A stretch of DNA of 62,991 nucleotides, filler included, from Nemertoderma westbladi (taxonomy: Eukaryota > Animalia > Xenacoelomorpha), in NCBI GenBank assembly GCA_032718475.1. It is 3 parts of 3 records of this genome, joined end to end, with 100 filler letters (N's around TTAATTAATTAA, not from the genome) between each part and the next. Parts side by side here need not be neighbours in the genome. Positions count along the whole stretch, not along the records: positions 1 to 28,327 come from JAUCBJ010006427.1; 2 more parts are not named here. One strand, written 5' to 3'. Each line of letters opens with the position of its first letter. Position 1 is the stretch's first letter. Below, piece after piece: positions 1 through 15,331 of this stretch. Under the pieces are notes generated by a model. The model made no database searches. It was not told where the DNA came from and worked only from the letters and a program-made list of their open reading frames with translations. The position numbers and the translations under genes were made by a program.

Positions 1-3000
1 AATATTATCGCGAGAGGGAGGTACCAATTTACTTCTATAGAATATTATCGCGAGAGGGAGGTACCAATTTACTTCTATAGAATATTATCGCGAGAGGGAG
101 GTACCAATTTACTTCTATAGAATATTATCGCGAGAGGGAGGTACCAATTTACTTCTATAGAATATTATCGCGAGTAGGAGGTACCAATTTACTTCTATAG
201 AATATTATCGCGAGAGGGAGGTACCAATTTACTTCTATAGAATATTATCGCGAGTGGGAGGTACCAATTTACTTCTATAGAATATTATCGCGAGAGGGAG
301 GTACCAATTTACTTCTATAGAATATTATCGCGAGAGGGAGGTACCAATTTACTTCTATAGAATATTATCGCGAGAGGGAGGTACCAATTTACTTCTATAG
401 AATATTAGAGAGGGAGGTACCAATTTACTTCTATAGAATATTATCGCGAGAGGGAGGTACCAATTTCCTTCTACTGTATATAATATTATCGCGAGAGGGA
501 GGTACCAATTTACTTCTATAGAATATTATCGCGAGTGGGAGGTACCAATGTACTTCTATAGAATATTATCGCGAGAGGGAGGTACCAATTTACTTCTATA
601 GAATATTATAGCGAGAGGGAGGTACCAATTTACTTCTATAGAATATTATCGCGAGAGGGAGGTACCAATTTACTTCTATAGAATATTATCGCGAGAGGGA
701 GGTACCAATTTACTTCTATAGAATATTATCGCGAGTGGGAGGTACCAATTTACTTCTAAATAATATTAGAGAGGGAGGTACCAATTTACTTCTATATAAT
801 ATTAGAGAGGGAGGTACCAATTTACTTCTATAGAATATTATCGCGAGAGGAGGTACCAATTTACTTCTATAGAATATTATCGCGAGAGGGAGGTACCAAT
901 TTACTTCTATAGAATATTATCGCGAGAGGGAGGTACCAATTTACTTTTATAGAATATTATCGCGAGAGGGAGGTACCAATTTACTTCTATAGAATATTAT
1001 CGCGAGAGGGAGGTACCAATTTACTTCTATAGAATATTATCGCGAGAGGAGGTACCAATTTACTTCTATAGAATATTATCGCGAGAGGGAGGTACCAATT
1101 TACTTCTATAGAATATTATCGCGAGAGGGAGGTACCAATTTACTTCTATAGAATATTATCGCGAGAGGGAGGTACCAATTTACTTAGAATATTATAGCGA
1201 GAGGGAGGTACCAATTTACTTCTATAGAATATTATCGCGAGTGGGATGTACCAATTTACTTAGAATATTATAGCGAGAGGGAGGTACCAATTTACTTCTA
1301 TATAATATTAAAGAGGGAGGTACCAATTTACTTCTATAGAATATTATCGCGAGAGGGAGGTACCAATTTACTTCTATAGAATATTAGAGAGGGAGGTACC
1401 AATTTACTTCTATAGAATATTATCGCGAGAGGGAGGTACCAATTTACTTCTATAGAATATTAGAGAGGGAGGTACCAATTTACTTCTATAGAATATTATC
1501 GCGAGAGGGAGGTACCAATTTACTTCTATATAATATTAGAGAGGGAGGTACCAATTTACTTCTATAGAATATTATCGCGAGAGGGAGGTACCAATTTACT
1601 TCTATAGAATATTATCGCGAGAGGGAGGTACCAATTTACTTCTATAGAATATTAGAGAGGGAGGTACCAATTTACTTCTATAGAATATTATCGCGAGAGG
1701 GAGGTACCAATTTACTTCTATAGAATATTAGAGAGGGAGGTACCAATTTACTTCTATAGAATATTATCGCGAGAGGGAGGTACCAATTTACTTCTATAGA
1801 ATATTATCGCGAGAGGGAGGTACCAATTTACTTCTATAGAATATTAGAGAGGGAGGTACCAATTTACTTCTATAGAATATTATCGCGAGAGGGAGGTACC
1901 AATTTACTTCTATAGAATATTAGAGAGGGAGGTACCAATTTACTTCTATAGAATATTATCGCGAGAGGGAGGTACCAATTTACTTCTATAGAATATTAGA
2001 GAGGGAGGTACCAATTTACTTCTATAGAATATTATCGCGAGAGGGAGGTACCAATTTACTTCTATAGAATATTATCGCGAGAGGGAGGTACCAATTTACT
2101 TCTATAGAATATTAGAGAGGGAGGTACCAATTTACTTCTATAGAATATTATCGCGAGAGGGAGGTACCAATTTACTTCTATAGAATATTAGAGAGGGAGG
2201 TACCAATTTACTTCTATAGAATATTATCGCGAGAGGGAGGTACCAATTTACTTCTATATAATATTAGAGAGGGAGGTACCAATTTACTTCTATAGAATAT
2301 TATCGCGAGAGGGAGGTACCAATTTACTTCTATAGAATATTATCGCGAGAGGGAGGTACCAATTTACTTCTATAGAATATTAGAGAGGGAGGTACCAATT
2401 TACTTCTATAGAATATTATCGCGAGAGGGAGGTACCAATTTACTTCTATAGAATATTAGAGAGGGAGGTACCAATTTACTTCTATAGAATATTATCGCGA
2501 GAGGGAGGTACCAATTTACTTCTATAGAATATTAGAGAGGGAGGTACCAATTTACTTCTATAGAATATTATCGCGAGAGGGAGGTACCAATTTACTTCTA
2601 TAGAATATTAGAGAGGGAGGTACCAATTTACTTCTATAGAATATTATCGCGAGAGGGAGGTACCAATTTACTTCTATAGAATATTAGAGAGGGAGGTACC
2701 AATTTACTTCTATAGAATATTATCGCGAGAGGGAGGTACCAATTTACTTCTATATAATATTAGAGAGGGAGGTACCAATTTACTTCTATAGAATATTATC
2801 GCGAGAGGGAGGTACCAATTTACTTCTATAGAATATTATCGCGAGAGGGAGGTACCAATTTACTTCTATAGAATATTATCGCGAGAGGGAGGTACCAATT
2901 TACTTCTATAGAATATTATCACGAGAGGGAGGTACCAATTTACTTCTATATAATATTAGAGAGGGAGGTACCAATTTACTTCTATAGAATATTATCGCGA

Positions 3001-6000
3001 GAGGGAGGTACCAATTTACTTCTATAGAATATTATCGCGAGAGGGAGGTACCAATTTACTTCTATAGAATATTATCACGAGAGGGAGGTACCAATTTACT
3101 TCTATATAATATTAGAGAGGGAGGTACCAATTTACTTCTATAGAATATTATCGCGAGAGGGAGGTACCAATTTACTTCTATAGAATATTATCGCGAGAGG
3201 GAGGTACCAATTTACTTCTATAGAATATTATCGCGAGAGGGAGGTGCCAATTTACTTCTATAGAATATTATCGCGAGAGGGAGGTACCAATTTACTTCTA
3301 TAGAATATTATCGCGAGAGGGAGGTACCAATTTACTTCTATAGAATATTAGAGAGGGAGGTACCAATTTACTTCTATAGAATATTATCGCGAGAGGGAGG
3401 TACCAATTTACTTCTATAGAATATTAGAGAGGGAGGTACCAATTTACTTCTATAGAATATTATCGCGAGAGGGAGGTACCAATTTACTTCTATAGAATAT
3501 TAGAGAGGGAGGTACCAATTTACTTCTATAGAATATTATCGCGAGAGGGAGGTACCAATTTACTTCTATAGAATATTATCGCGAGAGAGAGGTACCAATT
3601 TACTTCTATAGAATATTATCGCGAGAGGGAGGTACCAATTTACTTCTATAGAAAATTATCGCGAGAGGGAGGTACCAATTTACTTCTATAGAATATTATC
3701 GCGAGAGGGAGGTACCAATTTACTTCTATAGAATATTATCGCGAGACGGAGGTACCAATTTACTTCTATAGAATATTATCGCGAGAGGGAGGTACCAATT
3801 TACTTCTATAGAATATTATCGCGAGACGGAGGTACCAATTTACTTCTATAGAATATTATCGCGAGAGGGAGGTACCAATTTACTTCTATAGAATATTATC
3901 GCGAGTGGGAGGTACCAATTTACTTCTATAGAATATTAGAGAGGGAGGTACCAATTTACTTCTATAGAATATTATCGCGAGAGGGAGGTACCAATTTACT
4001 TCTATAGAATATTATCGCGAGAGGGAGGTACCAATTTACTTCTATAGAATATTATCGCGAGAGGGAGGTACCAATTTACTTCTATAGAATATTATCGCGA
4101 GAGGGAGGTACCAATTTACTTCTATAGAATATTATCGCGAGAGGGAGGTACCAATTTACTTCTTTTGAATATTATCGCGAGAGGGAGGTACCAATTTACT
4201 TCTATAGAATATTATCGCGAGAGGGAGGTACCAATTTACTTCGCGAGAGGGAGGTGCCAATTTACTTCTATAGAATATTATCGCGAGAGGGAGGTACCAA
4301 TTTACTTCTATAGAATATTAGAGAGGGAGGTACCAATTTACTTCTATAGAATATTATCGCGAGAGGGAGGTACCAATTTACTTCTATAGAATATTAGAGA
4401 GGGAGGTACCAATTTACTTCTATAGAATATTATCGCGAGAGGGAGGTACCAATTTATTTCTATAGAATATTATCGCGGGAGGGAGGTACCAATTTACTTA
4501 TAGATAATATTATCGCGAGAGGGAGGTACCAATTTACTTATAGATAATATTATCGCGAGAGGGAGGTACCAATTTACTTCTATAGAATATTATCGCGAGC
4601 GGGAGGTACCAATTTACTTCTATAGAATATTATCGCGAGAGGGAGGTACCAATTTACTTCTATAGAATATTATCGCGAGAGGGAGGTACCAATTTACTTC
4701 TATAGAATATTATCGCGAGAGGGAGGTACCAATTTACTTCTATAGAATATTATCGCGAGAGGGAGGTACCAATTTACTTCTATTGAATATTATCGCGAGA
4801 GGGGGGTACCAATTTACTTCTATAGAATATTATCGCGAGAGGGAGGTACCAATTTACTTCTATTGAATATTATCGCGAGAGGGAGGTACCAATTTACTTA
4901 TATAGAATATTATCGCGAGAGGGAGGTACCAATTTAATTCTATAGAATATTATCGCGAGAGGGAGGTACCAATTTACTTCTATGGAATATTATCGCGAGA
5001 GGGAGGTACCAATTTACTTCTATAGAATATTAGAGAGGGAGGTACCAATTTACTTCTATAGAATATTATCGCGAGAGGGAGGTACCAATTTACTTCTATA
5101 GAATATTATCGCGAGAGGGAGGTACCAATTTACTTCTATAGAATATTATCGCGAGAGGGAGGTACCAATTTACTTCTATAGAATATTATCGCGAGAGGGA
5201 GGTACCAATTTAATTCTATAGAATATTATCGCGAGAGGGAGGTACCAATTTACTTCTATAGAATATTATCGCGAGAGGGAGGTACCAATTTACTTCTATA
5301 GAATATTATAGCGAGAGGGAGGTACCAATTTACTTCTATAGAATATTATCGCGAGAGGGAGGTACCAATTTACTTCTATAGAATATTATCTCGAGAGGGA
5401 GGTACCAATTTACTTCTATAGAATATTATCGCGAGAGGGAGGTACCAATTTACTTCTATAGAATATTATCGCGAGAGGGAGGTACCAATTTACTTCTATA
5501 GAATATTATCGCGAGACGGAGGTACCAATTTACTTCTATAGAATATTATCGCGAGAGGAGGTACCAATTTACTTCTATAGAATATTATCGCGAGACGGAG
5601 GTACCAATTTACTTCTATAGAATATTATCGCGAGACGGAGGTACCAATTTACTTCTATAGAATATTATCGCGAGACGGAGGTACCAATTTACTTCTATAG
5701 AATATTATCGCGAGAGGAGGTACCAATTTACTTCTATAGAATATTATCGCGAGACGGAGGTACCAATTTACTTCTATAGAATATTATCGCGAGACGGAGG
5801 TACCAATTTACTTCTATAGAATATTATCGCGAGACGGAGGTACCAATTTACTTCTATAGAATATTATCGCGAGAGGAGGTACCAATTTACTTCTATAGAA
5901 TATTATCGCGAGAGGGAGGTACCAATTTACTTCTATAGAATATTATCGCGAGAGGGAGGTACCAATTTACTTCTATAGAATATTATCGCGAGAGGGAGGT

Positions 6001-9000
6001 ACCAATTTACTTCTATAGAATATTATCGCGAGTGGGAGGTACCAATGTACTTCTATAGAATATTATCGCGAGAGGGAGGTACCAATTTACTTCTATAGAA
6101 TATTATCGCGAGACGGAGGTACCAATTTACTTCTACTGTATATAATATTATCGCGAGAGGGAGGTACCAATTTACTTCTATAGAATATTATCGCGAGAGG
6201 GAGGTACCAATTTACTTCTGTAGAATATTATCGCGAGAGGGAGGTACCAATTTACTTCTATAGAATATTATCGCGAGAGGGAGGTACCAATTTACTTCTA
6301 TAGAATATTATCGCGAGAGGGAGGTACCAATTTACTTCTATAGAATATTATCGCGAGAGGAGGTACCAATTTACTTCTATAGAATATTATAGCGAGAGGG
6401 AGGTACCAATTACTTCTATAGAATATTATCGCGAGAGGGAGGTACCAATTTACTTCTATAGAATATTATCGCGAGAGGGAGGTACCAATTTACTTCTATA
6501 GAATATTATCGCGAGAGGGAGGTACCAATTTACTTCTATAGAATATTATCGCGAGAGGGAGGTACCAATTTACTTCTATAGAATATTATCGCGAGAGGGA
6601 GGTACCAATTTACTTCTATATAATATTATCGCGAGAGGGAGGTACCAATTTACTTCTATAGAATATTATCGCGAGAGGAGGTACCAATTTACTTCTATAG
6701 AATATTATCGCGAGAGGGAGGTACCAATTTACTTCTATAGAATATTATCGCGAGAGGGAGGTACCAATTTACTTCTATAGAATATTATAGCGAGAGGGAG
6801 GTACCAATTTACTTCTATAGAATATTATCGCGAGAGGGAGGTACCAATTTACTTCTATAGAATATTATCGCGAGAGGGAGGTACCAATTTACTTCTATAG
6901 AATATTATAGCGAGAGGGAGGTACCAATTTACTTCTATAGAATATTATCGCGAGACGGAGGTACCAATTTACTTCTACTGTATATAATATTATCGCGAGA
7001 GGGAGGTACCAATTTACTTCTATAGAATATTAGAGAGGGAGGTACCAATTTACTTCTATAGAATATTATCGCGAGAGGGAGGTACCAATTTACTTCTATA
7101 GAATATTATAGCGAGAGGGAGGTACCAATTTACTTCTATAGAATATTATCGCGAGAGGAGGTACCAATTTACTTCTATAGAATATTATCGCGAGAGGGAG
7201 GTACCAATTTACTTCTATAGAATATTATCGCGAGAGGGAGGTACCAATTTACTTCTATAGAATATTATCGCGAGAGGGAGGTACCAATTTACTTCTATAG
7301 AATATTATCGCGAGAGGGAGGTACCAATTTACTTCTATAGAATATTATCGCGAGAGGGAGGTACCAATTTACTTCTATAGAATATTATCGCGAGAGGGAG
7401 GTACCAATTTACTTCTATAGAATATTATCGCGAGAGGGAGGTACCAATTTACTTCTATAGAATATTATAGCGAGAGGGAGGTACCAATTTACTTCTATAG
7501 AATATTATCGCGAGAGGGAGGTACCAATTTACTTCTATAGAATATTATCGCGAGAGGGAGGTACCAATTTACTTCTATAGAATATTATCGCGAGAGGGAG
7601 GTACCAATTTACTTCTATAGAATATTATCGCGAGAGGGAGGTACCAATTTACTTCTATAGAATATTATAGCGAGAGGGAGGTACCAATTTACTTCTATAG
7701 AATATTATCGCGAGAGGGAGGTACCAATTTACTTCTATAGAATATTAGAGAGGGAGGTACCAATTTACTTCTATAGAATATTATCGCGAGAGGGAGGTAC
7801 CAATTTACTTCTATAGAATATTATAGCGAGAGGGAGGTACCAATTTACTTCTATAGAATATTATCGCGAGAGGGAGGTACCAATTTATTTCTATATAATA
7901 TTAGAGAGGGAGGTAGCAATTTACTTCTATAGAATATTATAGCGAGATGGAGGTACCAATTTACTTCTATAGAATATTATAGCGAGAGGGAGGTACCAAT
8001 TTACTTCTATAGAATATTATCGCGAGAGGGAGGTACCAATTTACTTCTATAGAATATTATCGCGAGAGGGAGGTACCAATTTACTTCTATAGAATATTAT
8101 CGCGAGAGGGAGGTACCAATTTACTTCTATAGAATATTATAGCGAGAGGGAGGTACCAATTTACTTCTATAGAATATTATCGCGAGAGGGAGGTACCAAT
8201 TTACTTCTATAGAATATTATCGCGAGAGGGAGGTACCAATTTACTTCTATAGAATATTATAGCGAGAGGGAGGTACCAATTTACTTCTATAGAATATTAT
8301 CGCGAGAGGGAGGTACCAATTTACTTCTATAGAATATTATCGCGAGAGGGAGGTACCAACTTACTTCTATAGAATATTATCGCGAGAGGGAGGTACCAAT
8401 TTACTTCTATAGAATATTATCGCGAGAGGGAGGTACCAATTTACTTCTATAGAATATTATCGCGAGAGGGAGGTACCAATTTACTTCTATAGAATATTAT
8501 CGCGAGAGGGAGGTACCAATTTACTTCTATAGAATATTATCGCGAGAGGGAGGTACCAACTTACTTCTATAGAATATTATCGCGAGAGGGAGGTACCAAT
8601 TTACTTCTATAGAATATTATCGCGAGAGGGAGGTACCAATTTACTTCTATAGAATATTATCGCGAGAGGGAGGTACCAATTTACTTCTATAGAATATTAT
8701 CGCGAGAGGGAGGTACCAATTTACTTCTATAGAATATTATAGCGAGAGGGAGGTACCAATTTACTTCTATAGAATATTATCGCGAGAGGGAGGTACCAAT
8801 TTACTTCTATAGAATATTATCGCGGGAGGGAGGTACCAATTTACTTCTATAGAATATTATAGCGAGAGGGAGGTACCAATTTACTTCTATAGAATATTAT
8901 CGCGAGAGGGAGGTACCAATTTACTTCTATAGAATATTATAGCGAGAGGGAGGTACCAATTTACTTCTATAGAATATTATCGCGAGAGGGAGGTACCAAT

Positions 9001-10567
9001 TACTTCTATAGAATATTATCGCGAGAGGGAGGTACCAACTTACTTCTATAGAATATTATCGCGAGAGGGAGGTACCAACTTACTTCTATAGAATATTATC
9101 GCGAGAGGGAGGTACCAATTTACTTCTATAGAATATTATAGCGAGAGGGAGGTACCAATTTACTTCTATAGAATATTATAGCGAGAGGGAGGTACCAATT
9201 TACTTCTATAGAATATTATCGCGAGAGGGAGGTACCAATTTACTTCTATAGAATATTATAGCGAGAGGGAGGTACCAATTTACTTCTATAGAATATTATC
9301 GCGAGAGGGAGGCACCAACTTACTTCTATAGAATATTATCGCGAGAGGGAGGTACCAATTTACTTCTATAGAATATTATCGCGAGAGGGAGGTACCAATT
9401 TACTTCTATAGAATATTATCGCGAGAGGGAGGTACCAATTTACTTCTATAGAATATTATCGCTAGAGGGAGGTACCAATTTACTTCTATAGAATATTATC
9501 GCGAGAGGGAGGTACCAATTTACTTCTATAGAATATTATCGCGAGAGGGAGGTACCAATTTACTTCTATAGAATATTATCGCGAGAGGGAGGTACCAATT
9601 TACTTCTATAGAATATTATCGCGAGAGAAGGTACCAATTTACTTCTATAGAATATTATCGCGAGAGGGAGGTACCAATTTACTTCTATAGAATATTATCG
9701 CGAGAGGGAGGTACCAATTTACTTCTATAGAATATTATAGCGAGAGGGAGGTACCAATTTACTTCTATAGAATATTATCGCGAGAGGGAGGTACCAATTT
9801 ACTTCTATAGAATATTATCGCGAGAGGGAGGTACCAATTTACTTCTATAGAATATTATCGCGAGAGGGAGGTACCAATTTACTTCTATAGAATATTATCG
9901 CGAGAGGGAGGTACCAATTTACTTCTATAGAATATTATCGCGAGAGGGAGGTACCAATTTACTTCTATAGAATATTATAGCGAGAGGGAGGTACCAATTT
10001 ACTTCTATAGAATATTATCGCGAGAGGGAGGTACCAATTTACTTCTATAGAATATTATCGCGAGAGGGAGGTACCAATTTACTTCTATAGAATATTATCG
10101 CGAGAGGGAGGTACCAATTTACTTCTATAGAATATTATAGCGAGAGGGAGGTACCAATTTACTTCTATAGAATATTATCGCGAGAGGGAGGTACCAATTT
10201 ACTTCTATAGAATATTATCGCGAGAGGGAGGTACCAATTTACTTCTATAGAATATTATCGCGAGAGGGAGGTACCAATTTACTTCTATAGAATATTATAG
10301 CGAGAGGGAGGTACCAATTTACTTCTATAGAATATTATAGCGAGAGGGAGGTACCAATTTACTTCTATAGAATATTATAGCGAGAGGGAGGTACCAATTT
10401 ACTTCTATAGAATATTATCGCGAGAGGGAGGTACCAATTTACTTCTATAGAATATTATCGCGAGAGGGAGGTACCAATTTACTTCTATAGAATATTATAG
10501 CGAGAGGGAGGTACCAATTTACTTCTATAGAATATTATCGCGAGAGGGAGGTACCAATTTACTTCTA
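1..10567. repeat. 40-bp satellite array (AATATTATCGCGAGAGGGAGGTACCAATTTACTTCTATAG), roughly 265 units, runs off the window start
   Basis: Directly visible periodicity. A 36-bp variant lacking TCGC is common at ~1.3-4.4 kb. The unit contains palindromes AATATT, TCGCGA and GGTACC, plus TTCTATAGAA across the unit junction. Confidence 0.99.
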
Positions 10568-11390
10568 CCAAACGGATATAGCTTCCGCTTTTACAGCGTT
10601 AAACACGAGAAGTTATTCAGAAACCTCTGAAATTTTGACGTTCATAAGTAGTTCATAATAGACGAGACCCGTTCATAACACTTTTGGTAATGAGTTATTA
10701 CGAAGTAACAGTAATGTATTGCAAATTTGATAACCCGTTAGACATTAAAGTGTACACGGTATCTAATGAGAAGTCACAGATTGGTTGCACTATTAATTGC
10801 TTCAGTGTGGTTAGTCGCAGTATACTGTATGTTATGCTGACGACATTTATTCATTACAACGGACAAGAAAGACATCACAAGGCTGGCCAACATATTAATA
10901 GACGGCGCATTTATATGGATGTGGAGATGGAGCAGTCCAAAACAAAATGAAAGTGGGAGGAGTTGAGTGAAACAATCTCTGTTTCAAATTTCATGCAATC
11001 TCATTAAGATTTGTATAATAATTTGGGGGGTGGGGGGTAGCATGTACCAGAATGACGACACTATATTCCAGTAAATGGTGTATTTCTAATGATTATAACT
11101 AACTAAAGGTACATAGAGTATAGTGAATAAATCCAATTAGTGGATCACATGGTTTGTGAATTGCACTGCACGTCTTCAACCGAAAATGGCTAACGGAAAA
11201 AGGGTAGAGATTTAGTTTAGTAGTTATGCAGAGCATAATAGTGGATGAGTTCACGGTAATTACATGACTTTGAGGGATGAATCGTGATGTAGAAGGGAGG
11301 ATGTCTCTGAAACCTCATGGGGCAGCTAATGATCAAAAATAAATAAATGGTGGTAGTGCGTGGTGGTAGGTATGCTAGAGATTAATCACA

Positions 11391-13553
11391 ACTTATTATA
11401 GGCCTACAGTAGACAATTATAGGCCCTTCAATCGCTACTTATTATAGGCCTACAGTAGACAAGTATAGGCCCTTCAATCGCTACTTATTATAGGCCTACA
11501 GTAGACAAGTATAGGCCCTTCAATCGCTACTTATTATAGGCCTACAGTAGACAAGTATAGGTCCTTCAATCACTACTTATTATAGGCCTACAGTAGACAA
11601 GTATAGGCCCTTCAATCACTACTTATTATAGGCCTACAGTAGACAAGTATAGGCCCTTCAATCGATACTTATTATATGCCTACAGTAGACAAGTATAGGC
11701 CGGCCCTTGAATCGCTACTTATTATAGGCCTACAGTAGACAAGTATAGGCCCTTCAATCACTACTTATTATAGGCCTACAGTAGACAAGTATAGGCCCTT
11801 CAATCACTACTTATTATAGGCCTACAGTAGACAAGTATAGGCCCTTCAATCACTACTTATTATATGCCTACAGAGACAAGTATAGGCCCTTCAATCACTA
11901 CTTATTATAGGCCTACAGTAGACAAGTATAGGCCCTTCAATCACTACTTATTATAGGCCTACAGTAGACAAGTATAGGCCCTTCAATCACTACTTATTAT
12001 ATGCCTACAGAGACAAGTATAGGCCCTTCAACACTACTTATTATAGGCCTACAGTAGACAAGTATAGGCCCTTCAATCACTACTTATTATAGGCCTACAG
12101 TAGACAAGTATAGGCCCTTCAATCACTACTTATTATAGGCCTACAGTAGACAAGTATAGGCCCTTCAATCACTACTTATTATAGGCCTACAGTAGACAAG
12201 TATAGGCCCTTCAATCACTACTTATTATAGGCCTACAGTAGACAAGTATAGGCCCTTCAATCACTACTTATTATAGGCCTACAGTAGACAAGTATAGGCC
12301 CTTCAATCACTACTTATTATAGGCCTACAGTAGACAAGTATAGGCCCTTCAATCACTACTTATTATAGGCCTACAGTAGACAAGTATAGGCCCTTCAATC
12401 ACTACTTATTATAGGCCTACAGTAGACAAGTATAGGGCCTTCAATCGCTACTTATTATAGGCCTACAGTAGACAAGCATAGGCCCTTCAATCACTACTTA
12501 TTATAGGCCTACAGTAGACAAGTATAGGCCCTTCAATCGCTACTTATTATAGGCCTACAGTAGACAAGTATAGGCCCTTCAATCACTACTTATTATAGGC
12601 CTACAGTAGACAAGTATAGGCCCTTCAATCACTACTTATTATAGGCCTACAGTAGACAAGTATAGGCCCTTCAATCACTACTTATTATAGGCCTACAGTA
12701 GACAAGTATAGGCCCTTCAATCACTACTTATTATAGGCCTACAGTAGACAAGTATAGGCCCTTCAATCACTACTTATTATAGGCCTACAGTAGACAAGTA
12801 TAGGCCCTTCAATCACTACTTATTATAGGCCTACAGTAGACAAGTATAGGCCCTTCAATCACTACTTATTATAGGCCTACAGTAGACAAGTATAGGCCCT
12901 TCAATCACTACTTATTATAGGCCTACAGTAGACAAGTATAGGCCCTTCAATCACTACTTATTATAGGCCTACAGTAGACAAGTATAGGGCCTTCAATCGC
13001 TACTTATTATAGGCCTACAGTAGACAAGCATAGGCCCTTCAATCACTACTTATTATAGGCCTACAGTAGACAAGTATAGGCCCTTCAATAGCTACTTATT
13101 ATAGGCCTACAGTAGACAAGTATAGGCCCTTCAATCACTACTTATTATAGGCCTACAGTAGACAAGTATAGGCCCTTCAATCACTACTTATTATAGGCCT
13201 ACAGCAGACAAGTATAGGCCCTTCAATCACTACTTATTATAGGCCTACAGTAGACAAGTATAGGCCCTTAAATCACTACTTATTATAGGCCTACAGTAGA
13301 CAAGTATAGGCCCTTCAATCACTACTTATTATAGGCCTACAGTAGACAAGTATAGGCCCTTCAATCACTACTTATTATAGGCCTACATTAGACAAGTATA
13401 GGCCCTTCAATCACTACTTATTATAGGCCTACAGTAGACAAGTATAGGCCCTTCAATCACTACTTATTATAGGCCTACAGTAGACAAGTATAGGCCCTTC
13501 AATCACTACTTATTATAGGCCCTTCAATCACTACTTATTATATGCCTACAGTA
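11391..13553. repeat. 46-bp minisatellite (ACTTATTATAGGCCTACAGTAGACAAGTATAGGCCCTTCAATCACT), about 47 units
   Basis: GGCCTACAGT recurs at 11401, 11447 and onward with period 46. The unit has two TATAGGCC half-repeats. Confidence 0.99.
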
Positions 13554-13614
13554 GTGTCTTTATTCAGGTTTATACCCCCCCCCCCCCCCCCCCCCATTCT
13601 GTATATTTTTATAG

Positions 13615-14275
13615 TTTCACCTCCCTCCTCCTTATTCGGTAAGATTCTTATTTTCGCTTTCATTCCTTAGCTACAAGTATTTGAAAGAAGTTTCTCCGCC
13701 GACATTTCACTAATTACACCGCAAGTTATTCTTCAACCTTATAGTGATTTGTTGGTAGTAGTGGAAATCTGGTCGTGCAAGGATTCCAAATAAAGTATCA
13801 CAATCTGTGAATCTGATGATCTGAGAGATTTGTCAATCTCTCAAAATGCAGATTACGGATACCGGTAATTCTTTATTTATAAACAATGATAAGTAAATAT
13901 TACACAAATTACCATACAGTATGGCCAGAATTAAATAAAATAAGTACACCATTATTCTGGAACAATGTGGCAATAGTTATTTAATCATAGGCCTACTAAT
14001 TACGTCGATATTCATACATAAAAAAATGTTACAGAATATATGGTGTATTTTAGCCTCGCGCTGGGCAGAACCATGCAACTTTTGAATGCTCGTGCACTCA
14101 ACTTTCCATCAGTAGGCCTACCGACAAATCACTATAAGGTTGAAGAATAACAGCGGTGTAATTGGTGACGACCACGTTGCTATCGACGAAGAAACATTGT
14201 TCAAACGCTTGTAGCTAAATAATGAAAGCAAAAATAAATATTCTGGCTCACCCAGCAAGGAGGAGGGAGGTGAAA
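13615..14275. mobile_element. MITE/foldback-like element with diverged ~145-160-bp inverted arms
   Basis: 13615-13758 (TTTCACCTCCCTCCTCCTT...GTTATTCTTCAACCTTATAGTGATTTGTTGGTAG) is the reverse complement, with indels, of 14118-14275 (CTACCGACAAATCACTATAAGGTTGAAGAATAAC...AAGGAGGAGGGAGGTGAAA). No coding capacity and no clear TSD. Confidence 0.7.
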
Positions 14276-14414
14276 TTATCTATGTTTCTAACTTATATAT
14301 AACTATAACTATAATATAATATTCTAACTTATATTCCACTTCATGGTGTACACCATTAATATTATTTAATAATCAGTAGCAAATATATTAATTTTCACAA
14401 AAACGTTGCTGATA

Positions 14415-14425
14415 AAGATGGCGGC
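14415..14425 (+). promoter_or_regulatory. YY1-type motif AAGATGGCGGC about 0.9 kb upstream of RABL2
   Basis: Exact match to the YY1 consensus in otherwise very AT-rich sequence. Function not demonstrated. Confidence 0.25.
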
Positions 14426-15331
14426 CAAATTATTTATTAAATTAAATTAATTAAAATAAATATAATAAATAAACATTAAAATATATAAAAGTAGCTGATA
14501 TAGATTGTAGCCAAATAATAAAAAAGTGAATTTACTTATTCTTGAAAACAGAAAAATAATTGGTCTTAATCTAATCAGGCACCGAAAGATTCAATAATTA
14601 AGCTTTGAATCACGTTCGGAATGGATATCACCCCGGCAATTGACTTATCACTATGGTGATATGTACAAACAAATGAATTAATAAATTGGCCATCCACAAT
14701 GAACCAGCCTGCCAAAAATCCATATTCATTCAACCTATACCGTTATAGGCCTACTGCTATAAGCTGTAGGTAGAATGTGTGGCTTGCACGCTCCAGCTAG
14801 TACCGGTACTGCTACTGTCGGACTGTAGCTGACTATCATTTCGATTAATCGGTTTATCCTAATCAACGAACCTCTCCGCTTTTAAAGTAACTAAAATAAC
14901 AATACTAGGCCAGGCCTTCTGCTACTCTGTGCTACGGTACGGTATACTCAGGGATACTATTCGTAACCCACTAAAACCAGCTCAGCAGCTCCGCTCATAA
15001 TACAGTATTACAATATTAATTATTTAAACATCATCGTCTTACCTTTATATTCTATAGGCCTATTATTATTGTCAGATTGAGGCATTGTCCGGTACCCACT
15101 TACAGACTTATTCTTGTAGTAGTCTTATAGCAGTATAGCGTTGCCCATTGCATATCATTTCTTTTCAGTTCTGCAGTTCTCACATTGAAGTTTTCTTTCG
15201 CCTGCGTTGAATAGATTTCAGCCGATAAGATCCTGGATACCTTTGGCTAACCAACAGCTAACTATTTTATTGATAATTGTAGTCTATCAATCATTCACGT
15301 GATATCACGAGTAGTTTCGGATTACAGGATT

